A stretch of DNA of 64,000 nt from Octopus vulgaris. Taxonomy: Eukaryota. This document shows positions 1 to 13,032 of this stretch, piece by piece (positions within the stretch are counted from its first letter, which is position 1; each line of letters begins with the position of its first letter). The DNA is taken from contig OX597820.1 of the NCBI GenBank assembly GCA_951406725.2, positions 116,312,001 to 116,376,000 on the forward strand, written 5' to 3'. The notes under the pieces were generated by a model. The model had not been told where the DNA came from. It did no database searches and saw only the letters and a program-made list of their open reading frames with translations. Made by a program: the position numbers and the translations under genes.

Positions 1-409
<409 letters not shown>

Positions 410-667
410 CAGTCTCGACTAGACTACCGGTTGTTGTTATACGCTCTATCTTTCGAATGGTGCCACTCCACTGGTTCGGCGAGGAGGCCACCATCTCCCT
501 AATCGGAAGCCTTGTCCATTGCATGGTTACCCCCTTACAACATAATGGACTGGAGCAATGTGAAATGAAGTGTCTTGCTCAAGCCCGCACATAATAATTA
601 GGGCCTTCATATACGATAAGAGAAGGGGAACAACCAAAAGCTGAAGTTTTAAAAAAGTGGTTCAAAA

Positions 668-832
668 GGCGCAGGAGTGGCTGTGTGGTAAGTAGCTTGC
701 TTCCCAACCACATGGTTCCGGGTTCAGTCCCACTACGCGGCATCTTGGGCAAGTGTCTTCTGCTATAGCACCGGGCCGACCAATGCCTTGTGAGTGGATT
801 TGGTAGACGGAAACTGAAAGAAGCCTGTCGTA

Positions 833-873
<41 letters not shown>

Positions 874-1095
874 GTGTGTGTGTTTGTGTGTCTGTGTTTG
901 TCCCCCTAGCATTGCTTGACAGCCGATGCTGGTGTGTTTACGTCCCCGTAACTTAGCGGTTCGGCAAAAGAGACCGATAGAATAAGTACTGGGCTTACAA
1001 AGAATAAGTCCCGGGGTCGATTTGCTCGACTAAAGGCGGTGCTCCAGCATGGCCGCAGTCAAAAGACTGAAACAAGAAAAAAAGAAAAAAAAAGA
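668..1095 (+). mobile_element. tRNA-headed SINE, local family B, full length
   Basis: A-box-like TGGCTGTGTGG, B-box-like GGTTCAGTCC, internal (TA)/(TG) tract and A-rich tail. About 10 copies in the window. Confidence 0.9.
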
Positions 1096-1741
1096 GTAAA
1101 AATGTTCTTTTTATTTGAACGCACTTTTTCCGGGTCATAGTTTCCTCGCTAACTCAATGGAGAAGGGAACGGGCTGTTTCCGAGCAATGGTTCATGATCT
1201 GATGCGAAATGCGTGATGCATGTCGATCGCCGCCATGACGGGCGCTGATGCAGTCGACACACGACCGTTAGTCTTAGTTATTGCTGTATCGAGGAAAAAG
1301 ATTTCGATATAAATGGGTCTTTGTATACGTGTCCTACCCAATTCCCCCAAAATATCAAACAACAAAATTTAAAACATTTTCGGTGACATGACACAAGCAA
1401 CGACCTCTCGAACTAGGCGTCCGGCATACACCTGGTTCAGTCAGTTGTGTTTACTCAGCTGTTTATAGTATATTTTCTGGTTTTGTTTCACAAGCTGTAA
1501 TAAACAGTTCAAAAGTCACAAACTATAAACGGTATCGAGTGTTTGGTTAAACCGGACAATCTTCTTCTGTGGACTTGAATCGGACACAAAGTCTTCCTAA
1601 GTTAATAATGCTTGAGATTGGTTTTTTCTCAATTTACATCGTCGCCCAAACTTTAGCTTGGGTGACGATGTAAATTTTCTTGCTTGAAAAAGTTTGCGAG
1701 ACACAAACAGCAATAGATTAAATCTGTCCCTCTACCTTATT

Positions 1742-2136
1742 GGTTTCCTTAGATTTTAGTGTTTCTCTTTATCCTTATCAGACAGCTGCTTTATCTATAT
1801 CTTGCATTAAAGCAAAGTACACCCATATGTTGTGAAGCCACTTTGTAGCACAATACGCTCTGTGTTTCACGTTAAACTAAGAACATCGGAAAGAAAGGTA
1901 AGGAAGCGGTTGAAACGGAAGTAGGATTCTCTCTGAAGTTACGAGTTCGAATTCTATCAGTGTCAGTTCTTGCCTTTTATTAATAAGTCTACCTTACAAG
2001 TACTTGATTGAATAGACACTTGCCCAGGACTGGATATAAACCTTGTGGAACCCATGGCTCAATAGGTTTTGGCTCCAACGATTTTGCGTCGGTAATTTTC
2101 AACGGTTTTGGAAACAACGAGATTGTGCATTACAAA
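1742..2136 (+). repeat. Local direct duplication, copy 1
   Basis: Near-identical to 3174-3509 apart from a ~60 bp indel. Confidence 0.92.
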
Positions 2137-2333
2137 AACGAATATAACTTTGAAAATAATTTAAATACGAAAAACATTTATAATTTCATATCAGTTTTGC
2201 ATTTTCTAAATATTTTTTTTGCATATTCCCTAACTTTAATGACTGCCACCGCTTGTTTGTGACGATGTTGTCTTATTTATTTGTTTGGAAAATGTATTGC
2301 CGTTGGTTACCCTCTTATTATATTAGAACAAAA

Positions 2334-2548
2334 AAGGTGGCGAGCTGGCAGAAACGTTTACACGCCGGGCGAAATGCTTAGGAGCGTTTCGTCTGTCTTT
2401 ACGTTCTGAGTTCAAATCCCGCCGAGGTCGATTTGGCCTTTCATCCTTTCGGGGTCGATAAATTAAATACCAGCTGCGTACTGGGTCGATCTAATCGACT
2501 GGTCCCCTTCCCCAAAATTTGGGGCCTTCTGCCTAGGGTAGGAAAGAT
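2334..2548 (+). mobile_element. SINE, local family A (Meta-domain-like)
   Basis: Head GGCGAGCTGGCAGAA...GAGTTCAAAT. The central GCCTTTCATCCTTTCGGGGTCGATAAA motif resembles the MetaSINE core. Confidence 0.88.
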
Positions 2549-2845
2549 TACATTAGAAGAAAACAGAAGCAAGCTCAAAGTATTTTTAAAAAGGCACAAC
2601 TGAAACGGGTCCCATCAAATGAAGGGTCTTTAAGCAGTTTGAAGAGGCCCCAAAACTTAAAAGGGTCTCGGTAAATTCAGAGGTGCTCAGTTAAATTTGA
2701 TATTTTTTTTTTAATTTGAAAGGTTCCAAATAAATTAAATGAGGCCTTAATAATTTAAAGAAAAACTTTAATGGATTTAAAAAAATTAAACAAGAAAAGA
2801 AATAACAAATTATTTACCTGATTGCTGGAAACGTATATATTTTTT

Positions 2846-3043
2846 ATCCTCTAGGCACAATGCCCGAAATTTTTGGGGAGGGTGCCAGTCGATTAGATCG
2901 ACTCCAGTACGCAACTGGTACTTAATTTATCGACCTAAAAGTATAAAAGGCAAAGTCGACCTCAGCAAAACTCGAACTCAGAACGTAAAGACAGACGAAA
3001 TATCACTAAGGGTGTGTTAACGTGTATGCCAGTTCGCCGCCTT
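2846..3043 (-). mobile_element. SINE family A, inverted relative to 2334-2548
   Basis: Diverged reverse-complement match to family A. Confidence 0.85.
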
Positions 3044-3173
3044 AATATCATAATATGTTAAAACATCTTTAAGTATGCCAGATATTGTGTGTCTGAAGAA
3101 CACAGACTGTATCACACGTGTTATTCATTTGGGTTAAGATTACTAATCAGGTTTTGTTATCGTGACCTTCACC

Positions 3174-3509
3174 GGTTTCCTTAGATTTTAGTGTTTCTCT
3201 TTATCCTTATCAGACAGCTGCTTTATCTATATCTTGCATTAAAGCAAAGTACACCCATATGTTGTGAAGCCACTTTGTAGTACAATACGCTCTGTGTTTC
3301 ACGTTAAACTAAGACTAGTTCGAATTCTATCAGAGTCAGTTCTTGCCTTTTATTAATAAGTCTACCTTACAAGTACTTGATTGAATAGACTCTTGCCCAG
3401 GACTGGATATAAACCTTGTGGAACTCATGGCTCAATAGGTTTTGGCTCCAACGATTTTGCGTCGGTAATTTTCAACGGTTTTGGGAACAACGAGATTGTG
3501 CATTACAAA
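3174..3509 (+). repeat. Local direct duplication, copy 2
   Basis: Matches 1742-2136 and explains the twin ORFs at 2008 and 3381. Confidence 0.92.
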
Positions 3510-3524
3510 GACAAACAAAAAACA

Positions 3525-4299
3525 TTGTCTGTGGAGTACTCAGCCACTTTCACGTTAATTTCACGAGCTGGTTGTTCCCTTGATTGGATCAACTGGAACC
3601 CTCGTCGACGTAACCGACGGAGTGCTAGTTAATCGAATTACTGAGTTTTCATAGTCGAAACAAAACAACCAGCGATAATCTGGTTTTCTCTACAGCACTG
3701 CACTGATTTAGTCGACCCCGAAAGAATGACAGGCAAAGTCGACCTCAGCGGAATTTGAACTCAGAGCGTAGCGGCAGACGAAATACCGCTAGGCATTTCG
3801 CATGGGGTGCCAACTCCAAGCTTTAGGCTTCTCTGAGTTAAAGGCACCTCCGATGCTTAGGACCCCCTAGGTCATGGTTCATATCGGTCCCTACATAAAT
3901 CCGGCCCTGCTTTAGCTCCACCACTAATGCTATACGTGATATTGTTAGAGAATAAGGGTGATGGATATGGTCAAGTTGGAAACATGTTTTACTAAGGACA
4001 CTAAAGGACTTCTTCCGATTCTGGGTTCAATTTCGTTGAGGTCGAATTGACTTTTAGAAGGAAAACATGTCAATGGTTTATTGAGGTCGAGGATAGGTTT
4101 ACAGCTGGATGAAGACCTCAGTGCAGTGCTGTCGAGAAAACCAGATTATCGCTGGTTGTTTTGTTTCGACTATGAAAACTCAGTAATTCGATTAACTAAC
4201 ACTCCGTCGGTTACGTCGACGAGGGTTCCAGTTGATCCAATCAAGGGAACAACCAGCTCGTGAAATTAACGTGAAAGTGGCTGAGTACTCCACAGACAA
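3525..4299. repeat. 182-bp inverted duplication (3525-3706 / 4118-4299)
   Basis: Arms are reverse complements with about 2 mismatches and include a SINE tail plus unique flank. Confidence 0.92.
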
Positions 4300-4520
4300 G
4301 TGTACCCTTAACGTGGTTCTCGAGGGAGATTCAGCGTGACACAGAATGTGAAAAGGGTGATCCTTTGAAATACAGGTATTACTCGTTTTTGCCAGCTGAG
4401 TGAACTGGAGCAACATGAAATAAAGTGTCTTGCTTAAGGACACGACGCGTCGCCAGGAATCGAACTCACGACCTTACGATTGTGTGCTGAATACCCTAAC
4501 CGCTTAGCCACGCGCCTTCA
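4199..4520 (-). mobile_element. tRNA-headed SINE, local family D
   Basis: On minus: GAAGGCGCGTGGCTAAGCGGTTAGG...GAGTTCGATTCC, with a tail ending AACCGACGGAGTG. Confidence 0.88.
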
Positions 4521-4840
4521 AATGAATTAATGTGGATGTTGTTGAGTATTCCACAGTCACACGCAAAGTAATTTAATCCTCGGGCATAATTAACGCGATA
4601 CAAAGCATGGCAATGCTGGAGCATTCAATTACAATCCATCCAACAGTCTTCTGTACAGTTTCTACCGATTCATCTTCACCCACAAGATCTGGAGTGACTT
4701 GAGGCTATGGCAAAAGACGCTTGTCTCAGACGTCATGAATTAAAATCGAATTCACTCATCATGAGTCCATTTAGCTCTAAGTGCTTCGAGAAGAAACAGG
4801 GTTCCACTAGAAGCAACGACTATTTGAGCTGCCTTTTCTA

Positions 4841-5095
4841 TTGGGTTGCTGCATAATTATTGCGGGGTTTTTTTTCCGTCGAATTTTATTCAACAAAAAC
4901 AATAACAATATTTAACAAAACCATCTTTAAATGACGGTCAGACTGTCTGCCAAGCAAATGGGAAGCAGTAATTGAAGTAGATGGTGAATATGCTCCAGAA
5001 TAATCATTTAAAGATGTTTTTGATACGTGTTGTTATTATTTTTGCTGAATAAAATTTGTTGGAAAAAAAGTCGCTATAACTCTGCACAAACCCAA
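4841..5095 (+). mobile_element. mariner-derived MITE
   Basis: TA flanks, long imperfect TIRs (TTGGGTT.../...AACCCAA), and an internal remnant LPSKWEAVIEVDGEYAPE* resembling a mariner C-terminus. Confidence 0.8.
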
Positions 5096-5426
5096 TAGGT
5101 TTATTGAAAATGTCGACTCAGATGTAGTTTTTCATGTCATTTACGAAAATCCCAATTATATTTTGGTAAGATTTTAAGAATGGAATTTTTTTCTAATTTT
5201 AGATTGTCAATTCTCGACATTCTCCCCAGCAGACGATGCTGTTTCTATATGTTCTAACACGAAACCACTTCCCATACAAGACCACAGTCATTCGAAACCA
5301 CTTTGGGATTTGGGTTTAGGGTTAAGAATTAAGATTTATGGTTAGGAGTTAAGGTCTAGATCCAGAGTTTATGGCTTGGGTTAGAGTTTGTCGTGCATCG
5401 CAAAAATTCATGGCAAACAGAATTTT

Positions 5427-5810
5427 TTTGGAGTAAAGATAGTTTGCCAACATAACATGGCAATCCTGGTTTAGGACGAATATTGCTGTAATTTAGCCCC
5501 AGGAGACATCATCTCCAGCTGGCTATACGGCATGATCTGTGTCCTTATATTTTCGAACAAGGGAATCTAGCACCCCCACTCAGCTCAAAATAATATCTGT
5601 GTATCGCGGAGAGAAATAACCCTGAAATCACGATACACTGATATTGATTTGAGCTGAGTGGGGGTGCTAGATTCCCTTGTTTGAAAATGTAAGGATACAG
5701 ATTGTGTCGTATAGCCAGCTGGAGAAAATGTCTCCTGGGGCTAAATTACAGCAACGTTCGTCCTAAACCAGGATTACCATGTTATGTTGGCAAACAATCT
5801 TTACTCCAAA
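5427..5810. mobile_element. Foldback element with ~180-bp arms, probably an inverted Penelope-type pLTR pair
   Basis: Arms 5427-5608 / 5629-5810. Shares TAGCCCCAG...CTCCAGCTGGCTA with the ribozyme-bearing elements at 36.5 and 38.6 kb. Confidence 0.75.
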
Positions 5811-5966
5811 GTACTGTTGCTGAATATCTATCGTTGTGAGATTTAAAAATAGTAATTTTCGGATAATTTTTTTTTCATTAAATATTTTCCTCTTCAAAGA
5901 TTTTAAAATCTCTTCGTCATTAATTTCTCAGAGATCCTAAAAATGTCATACAATCAGCCATAGACA

Positions 5967-6300
5967 TGAAGGCGTATGGCTCAGTGGTTAGAGCATCGGG
6001 TTCACAATCATAAAGTGGTGAGTTCGATTCCTGGACCGGGATGTGTGTTGTGTTCTTGAGCAAGACACTTCATTGCACATTGTTCAAGTTCACTCAGCTG
6101 TAGAAATGAGTTGCGACATCACTGGTGCCAAGCTGTATCGGGCCCCTTTGCTTTTCCCTTGGATAACATCTGTGGGGAGGTTGGTATGCTTGGGTGACTG
6201 CTAGTCTTCCATAAACAACCTTACCCAGACTTGTGCCTCGGAGGGGAACTTCCTAGGTGCAATCTCATGGTCATTCATGACTGAAGGGAGTCTTTATCAT
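5967..6300 (+). mobile_element. SINE with family-D head and a different tail
   Basis: TGGCTCAGTGGTTAG A box, GAGTTCGATTCC B box, TTCTTGAGCAAGACAC core. Confidence 0.85.
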
Positions 6301-7129
6301 TTTACCCTTTCTAAGCCATAGACGCAAGACCTACAATATTTACTACAAACAGTAGATTGTATGCCGCCTGGGACAGCTCTTGAGTTTGCCATCCCTATCG
6401 TGCCCCAATACAAGCTTATACAGAAGACCCAGAAGCACTGCCACTATAAAAGAATCTCTCGGGGCAGGTTGTCCCCTTGCCCATTCGCCCCGCATCTAGC
6501 TATGCTACTACAAACAAATACTCAGGAATATTTCCCAATGAAAAATATCAAGTGTAAATTTTGTTACATTTTTGAAAAAATTGCTATACTCTTAAAAAGG
6601 ATAGGGTTCACGAAAGAAGAGGCCAAGAGTTCGATGGTTCGTTTCCCATCCTTGGTGCTGCGGTGTTATCCTGGTTAAGAAAATTGGCATCAGCGACAAG
6701 GTTTATAACGAGCTTTAATCAACTGGCTAATGGTTTAGAAATTAATTTCCCATTGTGAACGGTGGCAGCATTGTGGATTTAATGAATGTTTTGATTAAGT
6801 CTCAACCTGGACCCTTCCTCTGCATATAAAGTTATCAGCGATAGAGCAACGTCCTACAATCTAACTTGAATATATATTATCAATCGGCCGCGGAATGTTA
6901 CTGTACACTCGAGATAAGAAGAGAACAGATTCACATTTATTGTGATAAGGGAGAAGAAGAGGTGGAGGTGGGGATCCAGTTGATACCAGTAGCGAAGCTG
7001 AGGGTGGGGACGAGGAGACTGTACGCCCCTGGCAACACTTGAATGAGGGTGGCATTTTTGAGTTTGCTGTATAAGCATGGGGACCAAGCGAGGGAGTAAA
7101 TTCAAGGGCTGTACAGTATAGTAGGGTCA

Positions 7130-7887
7130 GTTGGGCACCGTCTGTGAGAAAAACATACCATGATACAACTCATTCTGCCAGAAACTTGGAAACAACATGC
7201 TGTACTGCTTGGCATTCGCGCTGGACGGTCCAATACAAACATTTCTGAGTGTTTGGGTGTCAATCTGAGGACTGCAATCAGAGGACATGTACCGAGAGTG
7301 ATAAAAATCAAACATCCAGTCAACCTCATGGTGTTTGGAGTGATCACTAGTGATGGTGATGTTATGCCTCCATTCATCTGTCCACGCGGCCTCAGATTCA
7401 ACACAGAGGCCTACATTCTAGTGCCTAGAGGAGGTAGTGCTGCCCTGGGTCAAGAGGGTGGCTGCTGAAAGACCCTGTGTCTGGCAACAGGACTCTGCAC
7501 AATGCCACACAAGCAGGAGAACCCACTCATGGCAGTAGGACAATTTCTGCGACCACATCACCCCTAACATCTGGCCGTCTAACTCCACAGACAGCAGACC
7601 CCTTTATTATGTGTGAGGCGCAGTTGAGTGAGACAGCAACAAAACTCCTTTTAACACCAAAGGATTATGGCAGCGTTCACAACTTAAGCAAGAAGACTGT
7701 CCAGAAGAGTTGTAGGGGATTCCGAAGTTGTCTGGAGGCCGTGGTGGAAACCAATGGCGATTTTATTGAATAAATTTACTCTTCAGTATTTCAAGATGTT
7801 CTTATGTAATTTTGGTAAATATATGTTAAAATGCGAAGTCTGTTATTTTCATTTTTGCGTAATTTAGACAATTTATTCATCGCAGCC

Positions 7888-7888
<1 letters not shown>
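7130..7888 (+). mobile_element. Tc1/mariner (maT/DD37D-like) transposase remnant
   Basis: Frameshifted motifs KHPVNLMVFGVITSDG, WQQDSAQCHT and IWPSNS. Confidence 0.85.
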
Positions 7889-7947
<59 letters not shown>

Positions 7948-7954
7948 CATAACA

Positions 7955-8394
7955 TCTCTCTATATATAAACGGCAGTTTGTCTGTGTGTGTTTCTGTGTG
8001 TCTGTTAGGTTGTACCCTCACCCTGATCACGGCTTTCAACCGATTCTGATGAAACTTGACACACACATAGCCCAATGTCATAATTCAAAACTAACGCAGC
8101 GAAAATTTTGAAAAGTTCCCCCAGTTCTGAAAAAAATCGATAAATTCAACATGGGGTCGAGAATCTAAGCTTTTTATATGCAACACATTTTCTGTCTAAG
8201 GGACACAACTCGACCTTTTTATCGCCCAAAGGGACAGCTAGGAACATCATATACACAGAAGTATTCGAGTGAAGAGAAGACATTGCAACCTACACATGCG
8301 CCTTCGTTCCCTAGAGGGAAAGGACTAGATTGGGATTATTCGTTGCCTACTAGTGGCTCTTACATACCCGGGCAACGCCGGGCTATGCTGCTAG
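7955..8394 (+). mobile_element. Non-autonomous Helitron
   Basis: A|TC 5' end, subterminal hairpin CCCGGGCAACGCCGGG (8367-8382), CTAG|T 3' end. Confidence 0.88.
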
Positions 8395-8719
8395 TATTTA
8401 ATAAAATGCCTTTATTTATTTCTATGTTTGTTTCATTAATAAACATTAATGAATGGTGAGTGATTGAAATTGCGGAACAGTGGAACCTTTGTGTGTTTCG
8501 TTACGTCTTGAGGTTAATTCAGCATTTTGTTTCATCCCTCGGATCGATAAAATATAAGCAACAGTGAAATCCCTGGAATCTCGAATTATGTATCTTCGTG
8601 CCATGCCAGAATTAATAAATATGCATTAAACCGTGCATGTGTTTATGTAGACAGGTGTGTCGACTTGTGACTCTCCATGTTAAAACGCAATTTAGTGATT
8701 CGATATGCGTATATCCGAA

Positions 8720-9095
8720 GAGTAGGATTGCGAATACAAGCGGCTGAAAAGAGGTACCTCCGAACGATCTCTGGGGTAACGTTAATTGACAGGATGCGTA
8801 ATTCGGAGATAAAGGAGTCTCTCCAAGTCAAGCCCCTATTTCTCTGCATTGAGAGGCCCCCAACTTCAGAAATATGTACATGTGGTTAGACTGCTGCAGG
8901 AAAGAATCACAAGACGGATTTTTCAAGCTGGATGAACCGGCAGAAGACCCAGAGGTGGGACAAGAACGGGAGGGTTGGATAACATCCATAATTGCAGTCC
9001 GTCTGTCGGAAAGTTTAATGACAGTTGCTTCTGAGAGGACCCTACGGAAGAGGTGCCTGAGGACTCTAACGCCTCGACCCTCCCAAGAATAGTCG
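8720..9095 (+). mobile_element. RTE-clade LINE 3' fragment
   Basis: IQAAEKRYLRTISGVTLIDRMRNSEIKESL is a typical RTE ORF C-terminal region; frameshifted downstream. Confidence 0.85.
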
Positions 9096-9278
9096 ACGGA
9101 GAAAATCGATAGAAGTAGCTATTGATAATATATGCTACCAGATTGATTGAAATCAATATAATCGATTAAAACCGTTGGAAGCAGTAGTGACCCCCGCCCA
9201 GTATAAATCTTAATTCGATGAATGGAATCAGTTAAAGAAATACAATTATCAAACTGAAATTAACAGACAATTATTCGT

Positions 9279-9660
9279 GGCACTCCGTCGGTTACGACGA
9301 CGAGGGTCCCAGTTGATCTGATCAACGGAACAGCTTGCTCATGAAATTAATATGTAAGTGGCTGAGTACTCCACAGGCACGTGTACCAATAACGTAGTTC
9401 TCAGAGAGATTCAGCATGAGACACAGTGTGACAAGGCTGGCCCTTTGAAATAAGGTACAACAGAAACAGGAAGAAAGAGTGAGAGAAAGTTGTTGTGAAA
9501 GAGTACAGCAGGGTTCGCCACCAACCCCTGCTGGAGCCTCGTGGATCTTTTTAGGTGTTTACGCTCAATAAACACTTACAATGCCCGGTCTGGGAATCGA
9601 AACCGCGTTTTTAGGACTGCGACGCCGCCGCCCTAACTACTGGACCATTGCGCCTCCACA
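9279..9660 (-). mobile_element. tRNA-headed SINE, local family C
   Basis: Reverse complement of 21299-21678. Confidence 0.9.
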
Positions 9661-9669
9661 ACAGATAAT

Positions 9670-10455
9670 TCTTTTCTACTCTAGGCACAAAGCCCGGAAT
9701 ATTTGGAGAGGGGCTCAATAGATTAGATTGACCCCAGTACGCAACAAGTACAGACAAACGTAACTGGTACTTATTTAATCGACCCCGAAAGGATGAAAGG
9801 CAAAGTCGACCTCGGCGGAATTTGAACTCAGAACGTAACGACAGACAAAATACTTATTTCTTTACAACCCACAAGGGGCTAAACACAGGGAGGACAAACA
9901 AGGACAGATAAACGGATTAAGTCGATTATATCAACCCCAGTGCGTAACTGGTACTTATTTAATCGACCCCGAAAGGATGAAAGGCAAAGTCGACCTCGGC
10001 GGAATTTGAACTCAGAACGTAATGGCAGACGAAATACTTATTTCTTTACTACCCACAAGGGGCTAAACACAGGGAGGACAAACAAGGACAGATAAACGGA
10101 TTAAGTCGATTATATCGACCCCAGTGCGTAACTGGTACTTATTTAATCGACCCCGAAAGGATGAAAGGCAAAGTCGACCTCGGCGGAATTTGAACTCAGA
10201 ACGTAACGGCAGACGAAATACTTATTTCTTTACTACCCACAAGGGGCTAAACACAGGGAGGACAAACAAGGACAGATAAACGGATTAAGTCGATTATATC
10301 AACCCCAGTGCGTAACTGGTACTTATTTAATCGACCCCGAAAGGATGAAAGGCAAAGTCGACCTCGGCGAAATTTGAACTCAGAACGTAACGGCAGAGGA
10401 AATGCCGTTAAGCATTTCGCCCGGCGTGCTAACGATTCTGCCAGCTCGCCGCCTT
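9670..10455 (-). mobile_element. Family A SINE with internal 184-bp tandem amplification (~3.5 units)
   Basis: AACTGGTACTTATTTAATCG recurs at 9762, 9946, 10130 and 10314. Confidence 0.92.
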
Positions 10456-10568
10456 CCTATAACAGATAAATTAACAGCACCCATGTCGATTGTAAGTTTG
10501 CTGGTTTTGTCGTATTTTTATTTTTGTCAATGAAGTGCGAAAGAGAAATGTGAAGAGTTGTGTCTTAC

Positions 10569-10693
10569 CGTTTTGTCTTTCTCAATGGTAAAGATTCTCC
10601 TTTGTTTGTTGAAGTTTGATTTGTTCGTTCTTTTAGAAAAAAAAATTGTAAAACTGTATTTGTCAAGGATTACAAACTGAATTAGTTGATGGT
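10569..10693 (-). other. Candidate spliced exon (possibly UTR)
   Basis: Acceptor CTTTTCAACAG and donor ACG|GTAAGA in non-repetitive sequence; no recognisable protein. Confidence 0.2.
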
Positions 10694-11701
10694 CTGTTGA
10701 AAAGGTACGTATGCAATCGTTGGCGCACATAGACACATATAACACTCACGAACTATTTCACACACATACTCACTCTCACAATCACAGAGACTATTTCACA
10801 CTCACACAAAGTATTTTCACATAACTACCCAGACCTCTCTCTCCCCCTTTCTCCCTTTCTGTCATATACTCTCTATTTTTAATCTTACTTCTCTCCTTCC
10901 TCTCACTGCTCCTACTTTATCCAATATCAGTCAGACTGATTAAAAAGAAAAAAAAAGAAGAAAACTGAAAAGAAAAGAGAGAGTTAAATTTCGGTTGAAT
11001 CAACTGAAAAAAACTCACAACATTCTCTGACAACAATTGTGATAACAGAGAAGAGAATATTTCTCGTCTCGTTCACCCGTTTTACTTATTTATTTTATTT
11101 GTTTATTTACATATTTTATATATTTATTTAATCTATTTATTTTTATGTTATTTATGTATTTATTAACTTATCGAGTTTGTGTGTCCTTGTGGAAAAGTAA
11201 AATACTTAAAGCTATAATTTCTACTTTACGCTTTTATAATTTATATATATATATATATATATATATCTGCTGTATATTTGTGAAAAGGGCAGAAGTTGTC
11301 TCACAAGCAGTTGTGCAGGTAAAAGTGTTAGTAAATGTGGTCAGATTGACCTGAAAGTTTGCACATCTATGTTAAAAGTGGTGGGGAGTTTGCTCAATTG
11401 AAAGGAGTGGCCTCTAGGGCAAAATTCCTCATCTTTATAATGTGGCCCGAGTAGACCCGAATGAAATCGGGTTCTAATACTAGTATATATATATATTAAT
11501 AAATAAAACATATGCATATATATAAACATATATGTACGTACCTACCTCTACATGTATATATACACGCATATATGAGTACAGGACACCAAAAAAAACGTCG
11601 AACACAATGAGAAACGAAAACATAGACACAAACCCAAGGAACTGGACATTTTTTTAAACAACAAAAAAATAGAGTACAGGACAATTAACACAAAGAAAAA
11701 A

Positions 11702-11758
11702 CCCCTTCTTCAGTCGCCATGGTTTCATCTACTCTACGTTTCGAAGGTGAAGGCGATA
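11702..11758 (-). ncRNA. Hammerhead-like motif, non-circularly permuted order
   Basis: Minus: UA-ucgcc...cuuc-GAAA-cg...ggcga-CUGAAGA-a-gggg. Helix I is ucgcc/ggcga. Confidence 0.45.
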
Positions 11759-12379
11759 TATATATATGTATATATATATCGTTATGGTATATTCTGTTAA
11801 GAACGTAGTAGAGTACAGTATAAAGCTCGTCCACTTTCAGGTTTCAGCCTCTGCTATCCAGTTGAAGTATTATGCGCACTTCCAGGTTTGCATTTGGGCA
11901 TCTGTCTTGTGAGAATAGATAATTGAAAAAATTTGGGGTCAACAAGAAGGGATACGGTTGGCTATTTTTTAATCACTGCAGTTGTTTCCACGCAACACAG
12001 TTCTCCAGGTGTGCAGGTATTTGAATATGCAACTGTTTCCCTGCATCATGAGATCTAGTTGTGTTTCTTCAAGCGATATGTAAACATTGTCTCCGTAAGT
12101 TTAAAATCATCGATTTCAAGGACATCCTCTCTGTTTTGGCCTGAATTTAGTAGGGGTCACTGACCTTATCAGGGTTTGTTGTTGCTGAAGGGTTGTTGTT
12201 GGCAAACTGCTTTGAATGTGGGGTGGTGAGTCTGGGACTGTGAAAGTGGTTGCCATTTTAAAGGGATTGGCATTTTATTTCTTTGTACTGCTGATTTGTT
12301 CTTCCCATGGGATTTTTCTTAGCTAACCTTTAAGAGTCAACGCTCGAACACACACGACGCACACACAGAGGCACACACA

Positions 12380-12382
<3 letters not shown>

Positions 12383-12437
<55 letters not shown>

Positions 12438-12900
12438 ATCCAAAAAAGAAAACAAAAACAACAACGCAAGGACGTGGAACAAATAAAGTATTATTGGACG
12501 CTCAGGAAAGAAGGGAAGAAGGAGATATATATACACACACACATCCACATCCACATCCACACACACACATGCATGCATACATACACATATATACACACAC
12601 ACACACACATATATACACTTACATCTACCTACGTATATACACAGACGCTCTCATATACGGATATGTACGCGCACTCACATACATACACATATATAGACAT
12701 ACCTACACTCGCATGCATATAGACACACAGATGCCAGTGTATGCATGCACACACACACACACACACACACTCACATACACATATATGAATATATGCACAT
12801 ACATACACTCGCACGCTTATACATACGCATATACATATGCATATACTCATGTGTGCACACACACACACACATATATTTACTTATGTAGGTACATACATTC
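12383..12900. repeat. (TA)n and degenerate CA/TA microsatellite region
   Basis: Direct reading; includes a short dispersed repeat at 12433-12520. Confidence 0.9.
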
Positions 12901-13032
12901 ATGCATTATAAACACATGGAGAGGCACACGTACGTATATGTAGAGAGCAATACAACCCGACAGAGGCACACATGGGTAGAGGCGAAGAAGAGAGGGAGAG
13001 AGTTCACTGAATTATCACTATTATTTCACATT

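Noticed and set aside
2008-3632. Paralogous small genes (84 and 83 aa ORFs)
   Set aside because: Product of a local DNA duplication; non-ATG starts and divergent ends, one of which runs into a SINE tail.
5310-5390. Interstitial telomere (TTAGGG-like)
   Set aside because: Only one exact unit among degenerate ones.
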